This document shows positions 31,271-44,714 of a stretch of DNA of 64,000 bases, piece after piece. This DNA comes from Paracoccaceae bacterium (GTDB taxonomy: Bacteria; Pseudomonadota; Alphaproteobacteria; Rhodobacterales; Rhodobacteraceae): positions 637 to 64,636 of the forward strand of contig PACC02000043.1 of assembly GCA_002699695.2 (NCBI GenBank). The letters run 5' to 3'. Positions within the stretch are counted from its first letter, which is position 1. Each line of letters begins with the position of its first letter. The position numbers were made by a program, and so were the translations under genes. The notes beneath the pieces are model-generated. The model was not told where the DNA came from and searched no databases. It was given only the letters and a program-made list of their open reading frames with translations.

Positions 31271-31756
31271 ATGTCTAAGAAAAGAGAAACATATTTCCTT
31301 GAAAATCAAAGTCCCAAAAATGTTTTTGAACTGGCCTGTAAATTGTCGGGGAAACTTCGGAAAGGGGATATTGTTTTTTTGAGGGGTCCAGTGGGTTCTG
31401 GTAAGACCTATTTTGCCCGAAATTTTATTCTTGAGATTTTAAAATCTCAAAACCGTTGTGATGAAGTACCTTCTCCGTCTTTTAGCTTGATACAAATTTA
31501 TGATACGATTGTCCCTCCAATTTGTCATGTCGACCTGTATAGACTTTCTTTCTCAAGTGAATTAGAGGAGCTAGGTTTGGAGAATCTTTATGAAAGTTCA
31601 GTGACTTTAATTGAATGGCCCGAGAGATTAGCCAACAGATTGCCTGCAAGATATTTTGAAATAGAGTTTTCTTTTAGCAACAATAAGGAAAATGAAAGAA
31701 ATTTGTCTATTGTTTTTTTAGGCCCTAACTGGGAATATCTTTCAGAATATTTTTAA
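31271..31756 (+). CDS. tsaE: t6A biosynthesis ATPase TsaE
   Basis: GPVGSGKT, VPSPSF, HVDLYRL, LIEWPE. Confidence 0.94.
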   Translation: MSKKRETYFLENQSPKNVFELACKLSGKLRKGDIVFLRGPVGSGKTYFARNFILEILKSQNRCDEVPSPSFSLIQIYDTIVPPICHVDLYRLSFSSELEELGLENLYESSVTLIEWPERLANRLPARYFEIEFSFSNNKENERNLSIVFLGPNWEYLSEYF

Positions 31757-31771
31757 TAGAAAGGCAAAAGT

Positions 31772-33370
31772 TTGAATTTCATTTTTTATGATTTTGAAAC
31801 GACGGGTAGAAATTCTACTTGGGATCAAATAATTCAAGTTGGAGCCATACTTACCAATGAAAATTTTGAGGAAATTGATACTTTTGAAAAAGAATGCATT
31901 TTGAAGCCTGGGACCGTACCTGAGCCTGGAGCATTGATGGTTACTTACAAGATACCTGGGAAATGGGCCCCAGAAAAGCACCTTTCGCATTATTCTTTCG
32001 TGAAATTGATGTGGGAAAAATTCAGCGATTGGAAAAACAATTATGACCCCATTGCTTTTATTGGGTACAACTCGATAAATTTTGATGAAGAATTTCTAAG
32101 AAGAGCGCTCTACAAGAATTTATTCGACCCTCTCTTGACCACCAAGTATAATTTTGGTGTACCGGGGAAGAGAGGTGACATAATTAATTTGGCTAGGGCG
32201 GTAAACATTTTTTATCCTGGAACTTTAAAAACGACATTTAATGAAAAAGGAAAAGAGGTTTATAAGTTAGATGAGTTAGCTCCTGCAAATGCTGTGATGG
32301 GAGAAGACTTTATGTTTCATGATGCTCTTGAAGATGTAAAAGCTACTATAGAAATAGCAAGAATTATAAAAAATGGGGCACCTATATTATGGGATTCTGC
32401 TCTGAAAACTATGCATAAGAAGGATGTCCTTAAATTTATTAATGGTGAAGAATTTTTACTTTCAAGTGAATTTTATTTTGGGACATTGAGGACTTATGTG
32501 GTGGCTTCAATTTGTGAAGGCCCTAAAGGTGGCATGAAGGTCTTTGATTTAAGGAATGATCCCAGCCAATTTATTGGATTGGAATATCAAGAGCTAAAAA
32601 AAATAATATCTGAAGCAAAGCCAAAAATTATTAGGTCAATTGTGATAAATAAAAGTCCAATTCTCATGCCACCTGAACCTGAATTTGTTTGCTCAGTTGT
32701 TGGATATGAAAATATTGGAATAGAAGAATTAAGTAGAAGAGCAAAAATTCTTAAAGAAAACATTCAGCTTAGTTCGCAGTTGAAGAGGCTAATATCTGAA
32801 GATGTAAAAGATGAAGTTCAGGATCAGTCAGATAAAGAGCCAGAAGAATGTATTTGGAACTTTGGTTTTGCGGGTGCTCAAGAAAAAGCCCTTATGACTA
32901 AATTTCATTCCAGTGATTGGAAAGGAAAGTTGGAAATTGCAGATCATTTTCAAAATCTACAGACTAATGATTATAACACCTTACAGAGGTATAAAATTTA
33001 TAGTGAATTTGCTAGGCTAATTGTTTATGAAGAGAAACCAGAAATTTTGAGTGAAGAATTGAAAGCTAAAATAAGGAAAAAATTAGCTGACCGGATATTC
33101 TATCCCGATACGGATACGGTTAGGTCTCCCTGGAATAATTCGAACAGGGCACATATGCAAATTGAGAAAATGGGTAATGAAATAGAGGAGGAAGGTAAAA
33201 TTTATTGGAAAAACGAAGTTCCAATGTGTGGCCTTTCGAAGTTACCTACAAAAGAATGCAACTTGCATAAAGAATCCACTAAATGTGATTGTTTCGAATA
33301 TGACTTTTTGTGCAAAATAAAAGACCTAATTGATGAGATTGAAAATGAGTATAAGGATCTTAAATTTTAG
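31772..33370 (+). CDS. sbcB: exodeoxyribonuclease I (DEDDh 3'-5' ssDNA exonuclease) with a Cys-rich C-terminal extension
   Basis: ExoI motif FYDFETTG, ExoII motif GYNSINFDEEF, YKLDELA..N, ExoIII motif HDALEDV, INKSP; TTG start. Confidence 0.85.
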   Translation: MNFIFYDFETTGRNSTWDQIIQVGAILTNENFEEIDTFEKECILKPGTVPEPGALMVTYKIPGKWAPEKHLSHYSFVKLMWEKFSDWKNNYDPIAFIGYNSINFDEEFLRRALYKNLFDPLLTTKYNFGVPGKRGDIINLARAVNIFYPGTLKTTFNEKGKEVYKLDELAPANAVMGEDFMFHDALEDVKATIEIARIIKNGAPILWDSALKTMHKKDVLKFINGEEFLLSSEFYFGTLRTYVVASICEGPKGGMKVFDLRNDPSQFIGLEYQELKKIISEAKPKIIRSIVINKSPILMPPEPEFVCSVVGYENIGIEELSRRAKILKENIQLSSQLKRLISEDVKDEVQDQSDKEPEECIWNFGFAGAQEKALMTKFHSSDWKGKLEIADHFQNLQTNDYNTLQRYKIYSEFARLIVYEEKPEILSEELKAKIRKKLADRIFYPDTDTVRSPWNNSNRAHMQIEKMGNEIEEEGKIYWKNEVPMCGLSKLPTKECNLHKESTKCDCFEYDFLCKIKDLIDEIENEYKDLKF

Positions 33371-33406
33371 TTGAAGATTTAATAATAAAAGAGTAAGGAA
33401 GATGAT

Positions 33407-33727
33407 ATGGGAGTCACACAAGTAACAGACGATAGTTTTGAAGCAGAAGTTATGGGATCATCCATCCCTGTTGTTGTTGATTTTTGGGCAGAATGGTGCG
33501 GACCCTGTAAACAAATTGCACCGGCACTTGAAGAGCTTGCCTCAGAATATGAAGGGCAGATTACCATTGCAAAGGTCAACGTCGATGAAAACCCAGTATC
33601 ACCAAGTAAGTTCGGTGTCCGTGGTATCCCAGCTCTTTTTTTATTCAAGAATGGTGAGATGGTAGCGTCAAAAATGGGAGCTTCTCCAAAGGAAGCCCTA
33701 AAATCATGGATTGAAGAGAATAAGTAA
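33407..33727 (+). CDS. trxA: thioredoxin
   Basis: [17 protein letters not shown]. Confidence 0.97.
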   Translation: MGVTQVTDDSFEAEVMGSSIPVVVDFWAEWCGPCKQIAPALEELASEYEGQITIAKVNVDENPVSPSKFGVRGIPALFLFKNGEMVASKMGASPKEALKSWIEENK

Positions 33728-33751
33728 AAAAAATCAAAAATTTTTTTCTGA

Positions 33752-35065
33752 TCAGGATGAATTTTGTTTAAGGTATTGCCCCACTAGGTAAAGAGATCCG
33801 GTGATCAATATCCTTTTTGGTAGAATAGAGTGTTCGCTTTTAATATCATGTAAGGCCATCTCTATGCTAATAGCACTTTTACTTGGGATCTGCAGTTTAT
33901 TGGAAGTCTGTACAATGGTTTCTGTTTCTTGTGCATTAATTTCTTCAGGAATTTTTACTGCTATTAGTTTATGGATGCTAGATCTTAAGGGTTTCAAGAA
34001 ACCCTCAAGGTCTTTGTTCTTCATCATTCCTAATATTAAAAAAAAGGTGCTTGGGTTTAGTTTCTGTATCCAATTTGCGATAGCATTGCCTGCTGAAGGA
34101 TTGTGACCTCCATCTATAAACAACTCTGCTTCGAATCCTAAAGTAGAAGGGCTCAAATCACCCTGCCATATTTTTTGTAACCTACCAGGCCAACAAACTT
34201 TTTGCATAGCATCACCTAAATACTTTGCAGAACAACCAAGCTCACGTAAGGCTGCAATGGCCACACCAGCATTTTCTACTTGATGAGAACCTTCAAGTCT
34301 TGGTTTGGGTAGGAAAATGGTTTTTTTTGATTCAGAAAATAGAAGAGATGATTCCATCACTTCAACTTTAAAATCTTCATTTTGAGTAATTGTAGTGCAA
34401 TCTAAAATCTTTGCTCTTTCTTTCAGAGCTTTCAGGGCCATTTTCTCTTGTTTAGCTAGGATGACTTTTGATCTAGGTTTTAGAATACCAGCCTTTTCCA
34501 GAGTGATTTTTCTCAAGGTATTACCCAAGAATTCTTCATGGTCCATTGAAATTGGGGTAATGATGGTTAGCTCAGATTTTTCAATAACATTTGTGGAGTC
34601 TAATCTTCCTCCAAGACCTACTTCCAAGATTGTCCAGTCTGCTTTATTTTGTGAAAAGGCTAGAAAAGCAACGGCTGTTAGTAATTCAAAAAAGCTAAGG
34701 TTTTTGTTTTCATTCAATTCTATACACGCTGACAGTAAAGTATCAAAATATTCAGGAGTTATTTTTTTCCCAGCGATTTTTATTCTTTCTCTGATATCTA
34801 TCAAATGAGGAGATGAAAAAACATGAACTTTATGCCCCTTTGCTTCTAAACCGGCTTGAATAAAAGCAATGGTCGATCCCTTACCATTTGTCCCTGCTAC
34901 ATGTATAGCTGGCGGAATTGAATTCTGCGGATTACCTAATTTAGAGAGAAGCCTAGAAATTCTTAGTGTATTTAGACCTAATCTCTTTGGAAATGGCTTG
35001 AAGAGTTCTTTTATTTTCTCTTCATAGGGGAGCTCTTTTTTGATTGTCAGCTTGGTATTTTCCAG
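33752..35065 (-). CDS. folC: folylpolyglutamate synthase/dihydrofolate synthase; probable CTG start (35065 or 35050)
   Basis: Frame is open to 35077 and contains LGNPQ..IPPAIHVAGTNGKGS and FSSPHL upstream of the track start (34804); then EVGLGGRLDSTN, DGGHN, TGSLYL. Confidence 0.93.
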   Translation of the reverse strand: MENTKLTIKKELPYEEKIKELFKPFPKRLGLNTLRISRLLSKLGNPQNSIPPAIHVAGTNGKGSTIAFIQAGLEAKGHKVHVFSSPHLIDIRERIKIAGKKITPEYFDTLLSACIELNENKNLSFFELLTAVAFLAFSQNKADWTILEVGLGGRLDSTNVIEKSELTIITPISMDHEEFLGNTLRKITLEKAGILKPRSKVILAKQEKMALKALKERAKILDCTTITQNEDFKVEVMESSLLFSESKKTIFLPKPRLEGSHQVENAGVAIAALRELGCSAKYLGDAMQKVCWPGRLQKIWQGDLSPSTLGFEAELFIDGGHNPSAGNAIANWIQKLNPSTFFLILGMMKNKDLEGFLKPLRSSIHKLIAVKIPEEINAQETETIVQTSNKLQIPSKSAISIEMALHDIKSEHSILPKRILITGSLYLVGQYLKQNSS

Positions 35066-35080
35066 TTTTGTTAAAGATTA

Positions 35081-35989
35081 TTATTTCAGCGCAGAAGACT
35101 TTTCTTCTTCAGTTTTCTTAATATTACCACGAATAGCACGGGGTTTTTTCATGAGTATATGGAGAAGAATTATCAATTCGTCCTTAATTTTATCTCTAGG
35201 TATGACTTGATCAATCATCCCATGTTCTAAAAGATATTCTGATTTCTGAAACCCCTCAGGCAATTTTTCTCTGATCGTTTGTTCAATTACTCTAGGTCCT
35301 GCGAAACAAATTAAGGCATTGGGTTCCGCTAAGGTTACATCTCCTAACATGGCATATGATGCTGTTACGCCGCCAGTAGTTGGATTAGTCAAAACAACTA
35401 CGTAAGGTAACTTTTCCTCTCTAAGGGATTGAATTGCTACAATCGATCTTGGCATTTGCATTAGGGACAAAATACTTTCTTGCATTCGAGCTCCCCCGGC
35501 GGCTGAAAAAAGTACAAATGGGGTCTTATGTTTCACGGAATTATTAACTCCAGCTATAATACTATTCCCAACAGCCATGCCCATGGAGCCACCCATGAAA
35601 TTAAAATTTTGAACAGCTACTGTTACCTTTAGTTTTCCAATATCACCCATAGAAATTACCATGGCATCTTTTTCCCCAGTAATTTTTCTAGTTTCCTTAA
35701 TTCTTTCAGAATATTTTTTTGTATCTTTAAATTGTAGCGGATCTTCCAAAACATCCTCAGTTTCAATAGGAGAGTATATTCCGCCGTCAAAGAGGGATAA
35801 AAGACGTTCAGTCGAAGAAATTTGCATATGATGCCCACATCCATTGCAGACATGAAGAGAATCTTTGACTTCTCTGTGGAAGAGCATCATGCCACAGGCA
35901 GGGCACTTGGTCCAAAGATTTTCTGGTGTATCTTTTTTGGAAAAAATAGCATTTATTTTGGGACGGACGTAATTAGATATCCAATTCAT
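35081..35989 (-). CDS. accD: acetyl-CoA carboxylase carboxyltransferase beta subunit
   Basis: WTKCPAC...CNGCGHH Zn finger, FMGGSMG, GGARMQE, PTTGGVTAS, FAGPRVIEQT. Confidence 0.97.
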   Translation of the reverse strand: MNWISNYVRPKINAIFSKKDTPENLWTKCPACGMMLFHREVKDSLHVCNGCGHHMQISSTERLLSLFDGGIYSPIETEDVLEDPLQFKDTKKYSERIKETRKITGEKDAMVISMGDIGKLKVTVAVQNFNFMGGSMGMAVGNSIIAGVNNSVKHKTPFVLFSAAGGARMQESILSLMQMPRSIVAIQSLREEKLPYVVVLTNPTTGGVTASYAMLGDVTLAEPNALICFAGPRVIEQTIREKLPEGFQKSEYLLEHGMIDQVIPRDKIKDELIILLHILMKKPRAIRGNIKKTEEEKSSALK

Positions 35990-36130
35990 TTTTTTTCTTC
36001 CTAATAGGTTAATCGATACATAGTGCTTGCCAGAGTTTTTTGCAACGATTTTACATCCTTGTGATTTTCTTTGTGAAGCTTTAATTATGTTTCATTGTAG
36101 TCAAAAATTATGATTGCTTAGAACTTCAGA

Positions 36131-39848
<3,718 letters not shown>

Positions 39849-39908
39849 GGTTGATGAAAATATCCTAGTGCTTAAATTTATATTACTATAAACAGTAAGG
39901 TAACCAAC

Positions 39909-40649
39909 ATGAAAAATCTAGATGAAGTAGACAAAGAAGAATTATTAAAATTTGAATCAATGGCTGAGGAATGGTGGAACCCAGAAGGCAAATTCAAACC
40001 TCTCCATATGTTAAACCCGTGTCGTCTAGGATATATAACTGATCAAATAAAGAGCCATTTCCGTTGCAAAGTAGATAAACTGTACCCATTTAGTGGACTA
40101 AGAATATTAGATATTGGTTGTGGCGGAGGTCTGCTCTCAGAACCTATGGCACGTTTAGGAGCAACTGTAGTTGGGGTAGATCCTGTGAGTAAGAACATCA
40201 AAGTTGCTGAAATTCATTCTAAACAGATTGGGTTAGATATTGATTATAGAATTTCAACCGCAGAGGATCTTTTGAAAAAAAATGAACGTTTTGATGTGAT
40301 ATTAAATATGGAAGTTGTTGAGCACGTACCTCACCCTCAACGGTACCTAAAGACCTGTTCAGAATTACTCAAGTCAGGAGGTTTGATGACTTGCTCAACA
40401 ATTAATAGAAATTCAAAAAGTTATCTTTGGGCAATTATAGGAGCTGAATATGTTATGAGATGGTTACCAAAGCATACTCATGAATGGCAAAAATTTATAA
40501 CACCTGAAGAATTAGGATTATTTCTTGAAGAAAATAATTTAGAATTGATTGATACTAAGGGTTTTGTATTCAGTTTTTCCCAATGGGATTGGAAAATTTC
40601 TTCTAAAGACTTTTCAGTAAACTACGTGACAACTTCTGTAAAGAACTAG
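39909..40649 (+). CDS. ubiG: ubiquinone biosynthesis O-methyltransferase
   Basis: [40 protein letters not shown]. Confidence 0.96.
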   Translation: MKNLDEVDKEELLKFESMAEEWWNPEGKFKPLHMLNPCRLGYITDQIKSHFRCKVDKLYPFSGLRILDIGCGGGLLSEPMARLGATVVGVDPVSKNIKVAEIHSKQIGLDIDYRISTAEDLLKKNERFDVILNMEVVEHVPHPQRYLKTCSELLKSGGLMTCSTINRNSKSYLWAIIGAEYVMRWLPKHTHEWQKFITPEELGLFLEENNLELIDTKGFVFSFSQWDWKISSKDFSVNYVTTSVKN

Positions 40650-41377
40650 GATTCGCTCCATTCTGATAAAACTGTTGAAAGCCAAATTTTATCCAATTTC
40701 TCAATTTCAACAGAGTCAAATAGAGCCATTTGTTTCCAATACCTACCATCTTCCACGAAATAACCTAAAGCACTTTCTTTGCGTAAGGCTTTTTGGATTC
40801 TATCCTCTCTAATTTTGCGGTGCGGTGGTTTTTTGTCTTCATATAGCTCAGTTATTTTCTGTCTAGGGAATACCAAGTTACTTGATGGAAGCATTGAAAA
40901 ATTTACTATTGAACAACCTTGCTTAAGAGCTATGGCTTCTAGACGGGCAGATTTTGCTTTAAGATTCTTTAAAGTTTTGTCATCTCGTAGTGGATCAGCT
41001 TTTCCATTTCCATAAAAATGTGTCTTAGATCCGTTATAAATCATGTCACACCCTATATAGCCAATCAAACTCGGTTTGAATTGATATAGTACCCAATAGC
41101 CCGCTGTGAAAGCCATAGTTCCCCCCGCAAAAACAAAACCACCAAAGTGATTTTGAGCGGTCACATAGTCTTTTGCTGAATTTAGGGTCTGATTTTTGGA
41201 AACCTGAGGTTGTTTTCTGAGGGGAAAATCTTCAGGGAAAATACAGTTACTCCAATCTGATCGAATTCTCCATGCATTATTGATTGCAACAATATAATCA
41301 AATGGAGGATCAGACCATTCTTTTGCTACAATAGCATCAGGGGCACTTCCAATAATTAGAACTCTTGTTTTTTTCAT
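40646..41377 (-). CDS. conserved hypothetical protein, possible Maf/MptE-like (GT42-like) fold
   Basis: [31 protein letters not shown] motif order. Confidence 0.7.
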   Translation of the reverse strand: MKKTRVLIIGSAPDAIVAKEWSDPPFDYIVAINNAWRIRSDWSNCIFPEDFPLRKQPQVSKNQTLNSAKDYVTAQNHFGGFVFAGGTMAFTAGYWVLYQFKPSLIGYIGCDMIYNGSKTHFYGNGKADPLRDDKTLKNLKAKSARLEAIALKQGCSIVNFSMLPSSNLVFPRQKITELYEDKKPPHRKIREDRIQKALRKESALGYFVEDGRYWKQMALFDSVEIEKLDKIWLSTVLSEWSES

Positions 41378-41383
41378 CCTAAT

Positions 41384-41824
41384 TCAATTGCTAAGTATGT
41401 GCCTGAGCTCTCGTATGATGCGTAAAATGGAATCAGCTTTTACTTTCCCTAATTTATTAATTGCTTTGGTTATAACTGGTGTAATGGAAATTATAGCAGT
41501 TTGCTGTGCAGCTAGCCCAGATTTACTTATCGTTACTAGTTTTCGACGAGCATCGTTTGAATCTGGCCTAATATGGATGTAGCCAGATTTTTCTAGTCTG
41601 GAAAGAGTATTTGTCATAGCACCTTTGGTTACGTGGAAGCTATTGGCCAGTTGTACTGGTGTTTTTTCATTTGTCATAGAAGAAAGGTGGTTTAAAACTG
41701 AAAGATGGGAGATTGCCATGCCATGGGGTAAAGATTTAGAGATTTGGGCTCTGATAAGCTGATCTATCGTAGCGATTTCGGAAAACAATATTAAAGGCGA
41801 GAGATTAGGGGGATTTTTTTTCAT
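41384..41824 (-). CDS. MarR family transcriptional regulator
   Basis: TPVQLANSFHVTKGAMTNTLSRLE, DARRKLV. Confidence 0.92.
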   Translation of the reverse strand: MKKNPPNLSPLILFSEIATIDQLIRAQISKSLPHGMAISHLSVLNHLSSMTNEKTPVQLANSFHVTKGAMTNTLSRLEKSGYIHIRPDSNDARRKLVTISKSGLAAQQTAIISITPVITKAINKLGKVKADSILRIIRELRHILSN

Positions 41825-41898
41825 TGAGAACTATAACTAAACAAGAAAGTGGTCACAAGCTCCAAGCTATAAGATCTCGAATGTTTTGCAAGGGATAA

Positions 41899-42666
41899 TC
41901 AGACTGTGAGTTCAACAACACTTATCCCAGGTTCCTTACCTGAATCAGATATTATCTTGCCAGTGGGATCAATTACCAAGGAGTGACCCCAAGTATTCCT
42001 ACTTGGTCCATTTTGGCCACATTGCGCAGGTGCTAGAATATAAACATTGTTTTCTAGAGCCCTAGCCCGAAGTAAAGTTTCCCAATGACATCGCCCTGTT
42101 GGGATTGTGAAGGCGGAAGGCACGCATATCAAGCTGGCACCTGCTTTGGCTAATTGATTAAATAAATGTGGAAATCGTAGATCATAACAAATTGTCATCC
42201 CTATTTTTGCGAAGCAAGTTTCAACTAAAAGGGCCTTTTTCCCGGGTACGAAATAGTGTGACTCTTTAAAGTGAACCTTTCTATTGATTTTGATGTCGAA
42301 CATATGAATCTTGTCGTATCTAGCAACAACCTTCCCTTTTGGGTCAATCAATAAAGATCTATTTGCATAATTATCATTAATTGTTTCATCAAATTTAACT
42401 GCTAGTGAACCAATTAGAATCCAAACATGATTTTTTAAGGCAAAATTTTTGACAAGCCTTAAAATAGGATCCTTTTCTTCAATTTTCAAAACTCTGCTTC
42501 TAAGTTCTATATCATTGGACATGAAATTGGATACTTCTGGAGTTAAGATGAATCTTGCTCCTTTTTCATAAGATTCGTGAAGAGAAGTTTTGATTTTTTC
42601 ATAATTTTCTTCTGTTTTATCGTTGGAAGAAAGTTGTATTATTGCTACCTTGATAGGTGATTTCAT
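41899..42666 (-). CDS. carbon-nitrogen hydrolase (Nit1 / deaminated glutathione amidase-like)
   Basis: TPE, YDKIHMFD, ICYDLRFP (Glu-Lys-Cys triad), HWETLLRARALE, WGHS. Confidence 0.92.
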   Translation of the reverse strand: MKSPIKVAIIQLSSNDKTEENYEKIKTSLHESYEKGARFILTPEVSNFMSNDIELRSRVLKIEEKDPILRLVKNFALKNHVWILIGSLAVKFDETINDNYANRSLLIDPKGKVVARYDKIHMFDIKINRKVHFKESHYFVPGKKALLVETCFAKIGMTICYDLRFPHLFNQLAKAGASLICVPSAFTIPTGRCHWETLLRARALENNVYILAPAQCGQNGPSRNTWGHSLVIDPTGKIISDSGKEPGISVVELTV

Positions 42667-42731
42667 TTTAGTTCTTTGCCCCGAAGTGTTATTAATTAAT
42701 AAGAGTTATTACAATTGTAGTTGGTACTTCC

Positions 42732-43499
42732 ATGCAAAACCAATCAAATATTTTTGATGAAGAACTGATTAAATGTAGGCAAGAAAGAGCAAAAGCCCAA
42801 GGTTTTGTTTCTTTTTTGCATGATCAGGTCATTGCAGATCTTAAGAACAGGATAAATGAACAAAAACAAGAATTCTTAAGTATTGAAATAATTGGGCCTT
42901 TTGCCAGATACTGGGGAGATAGGTTACCCTATAACACTTATAATTTTTGTGAGGATACAAATATTTTACCAATTAAACCAAAATCGAGAGATTTGATTAT
43001 TAGTGCTTTATATTTGCATCTAGTTAATGATCCTATTGCAAGATTAGTACAAATGCGACTAGGTTTGACAAGGCAAGGAATATTGTTTGCTTATGCCTTC
43101 GGTGAGAACAGCCTTTATGAACTGAAAAAGGCTTTTGAATATGCAGAACTTAAAGTTCTTGGTAAGGTTTCACGTCGTGTGAACCCGAAAATAGACATCC
43201 CTACTTTTGGCAAATTGCTTCGGCGAGCTGGCTTTGACCATTGTGTTTCCGACAAACTAAATTATACGGTTGATTACAGCGATCCCATGAACCTTTTATC
43301 TGATATTAGGGGTATGGGAGAGACAAATGCCATGATAGAAAGAAGTAGACGACCTCTGCCAAAAAGAGTTTTATCATATGCGATGGAATACTATAGAGAA
43401 AACTATAAGACATTGAAAAAAAATAATAAATATCAAGCAACTTTTGATGTAGTTTGTCTGACTGGCTGGAGTTCTAAACCTGGGAGTATGCAGGAGTGA
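42732..43499 (+). CDS. SAM-dependent methyltransferase-like protein (NDUFAF5/BioC-like), motif I degenerate
   Basis: DLIIS..LH.VND, SLYEL...AE, LLRRAGF, DIRGMGETNA, ATFDVVCLTGW. Confidence 0.8.
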   Translation: MQNQSNIFDEELIKCRQERAKAQGFVSFLHDQVIADLKNRINEQKQEFLSIEIIGPFARYWGDRLPYNTYNFCEDTNILPIKPKSRDLIISALYLHLVNDPIARLVQMRLGLTRQGILFAYAFGENSLYELKKAFEYAELKVLGKVSRRVNPKIDIPTFGKLLRRAGFDHCVSDKLNYTVDYSDPMNLLSDIRGMGETNAMIERSRRPLPKRVLSYAMEYYRENYKTLKKNNKYQATFDVVCLTGWSSKPGSMQE

Positions 43500-43606
43500 A
43501 AATCTGAGTACTTTAACAAAAATTTGTTGAAATATTACTTTTGTAGCTTAATTACAATTAAGGATTTAGAGTTTAATTTTTTAATAACCTATTTAGGATC
43601 AAAGCG

Positions 43607-44668
43607 TTGAAATTAGACAAACCAGGTCAAGGTAGATTAGCATTTGCTAGCCAGGACCACCCTCCAATAGCTGTGGCAAAAATAGGTGTCCTGATTGCCA
43701 ACCTTGGAACGCCTGACAATACTGATTATTGGTCTATGAGACGGTATCTTAGCGAATTTTTGTCGGACAAACGAGTGATTGATTATCCAAGGTGGCTTTG
43801 GCAACCTTTATTACAACTTATTATTCTTTCAAAGAGACCATTTTCTTCGGGTGAAGCATACAAGAGTATTTGGAATGAAAAAGACAATGAGAGTCCTTTA
43901 TTGACCACAACTAGGAGTCAGTTTAGAAAGTTAAGTCTGCATTTCCAAAAAAGTAAGTATAATGAAAAGATTGTTATGGACTTTTGCATGAGATACGGGA
44001 ATCCATCTACTGAAAGCGCAATAAAGAGGTTGCAATCGCAAGGATGTGAAAAAATATTGTTCTTCCCTTTATATCCTCAGTATGCGGGGCCTACTAGCGC
44101 AACAGCCAATGATCAAGCCTTTAGGGTGCTAATGAAAATGAACTGGCAACCAGCTTTCAGAACAGTCCCAGCCTATTTCGATAATCCTACATATATAAAA
44201 GCTTTAGCTAATTCTATCAAGGAAGCTTATGCAGAAGCAAAACCTAAACCAGAACATCTAGTAGTGTCTTATCATGGTGTCCCAGAACGCTATCTCCTAG
44301 CAGGAGATCCATACCACTGCCATTGTCAGAAGACGACTCGGTTGCTTGTAAACGAATTAAATTGGGGAAAAAAATATTGCACAACTACATTTCAGTCAAA
44401 ATTTGGACCTGAAAAATGGGTGGGGCCATCAACAGTCGATTATGTGGCTGAGTTGGCAAGAACTGGTAAAAAGAACATAGCTGTTGTGGCTCCTGCTTTT
44501 TCATCGGATTGTGTAGAGACATTAGAAGAAATCAATCAAGAAATAGCAGAAAGTTTTTCTGAGGCTGGAGGAAGTAGTTTCTTGTATATACCCTGCCTTA
44601 ATGACCGAGATGATCATATTGAGGCTTTCATAGAAATTATCGAAAAAGAGTTGGCGGGTTGGATTTGA
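43607..44668 (+). CDS. hemH: ferrochelatase
   Basis: NLGTP, FLSD.RVI, MRYGNPS, PLYPQY, SYHGVP, FQSKFG, DCVETLEE, IPCLND. Confidence 0.96.
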   Translation: MKLDKPGQGRLAFASQDHPPIAVAKIGVLIANLGTPDNTDYWSMRRYLSEFLSDKRVIDYPRWLWQPLLQLIILSKRPFSSGEAYKSIWNEKDNESPLLTTTRSQFRKLSLHFQKSKYNEKIVMDFCMRYGNPSTESAIKRLQSQGCEKILFFPLYPQYAGPTSATANDQAFRVLMKMNWQPAFRTVPAYFDNPTYIKALANSIKEAYAEAKPKPEHLVVSYHGVPERYLLAGDPYHCHCQKTTRLLVNELNWGKKYCTTTFQSKFGPEKWVGPSTVDYVAELARTGKKNIAVVAPAFSSDCVETLEEINQEIAESFSEAGGSSFLYIPCLNDRDDHIEAFIEIIEKELAGWI

Positions 44669-44714
44669 TTTTTTTAATTTTTAGAATAAGAAATATGACC
44701 AGGGAGTAGTTAAG

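Noticed and set aside
35078..35083. AccD-FolC readthrough fusion
   Set aside because: The genes share a frame, but two tandem TAA codons make readthrough implausible; separate initiation is simpler.
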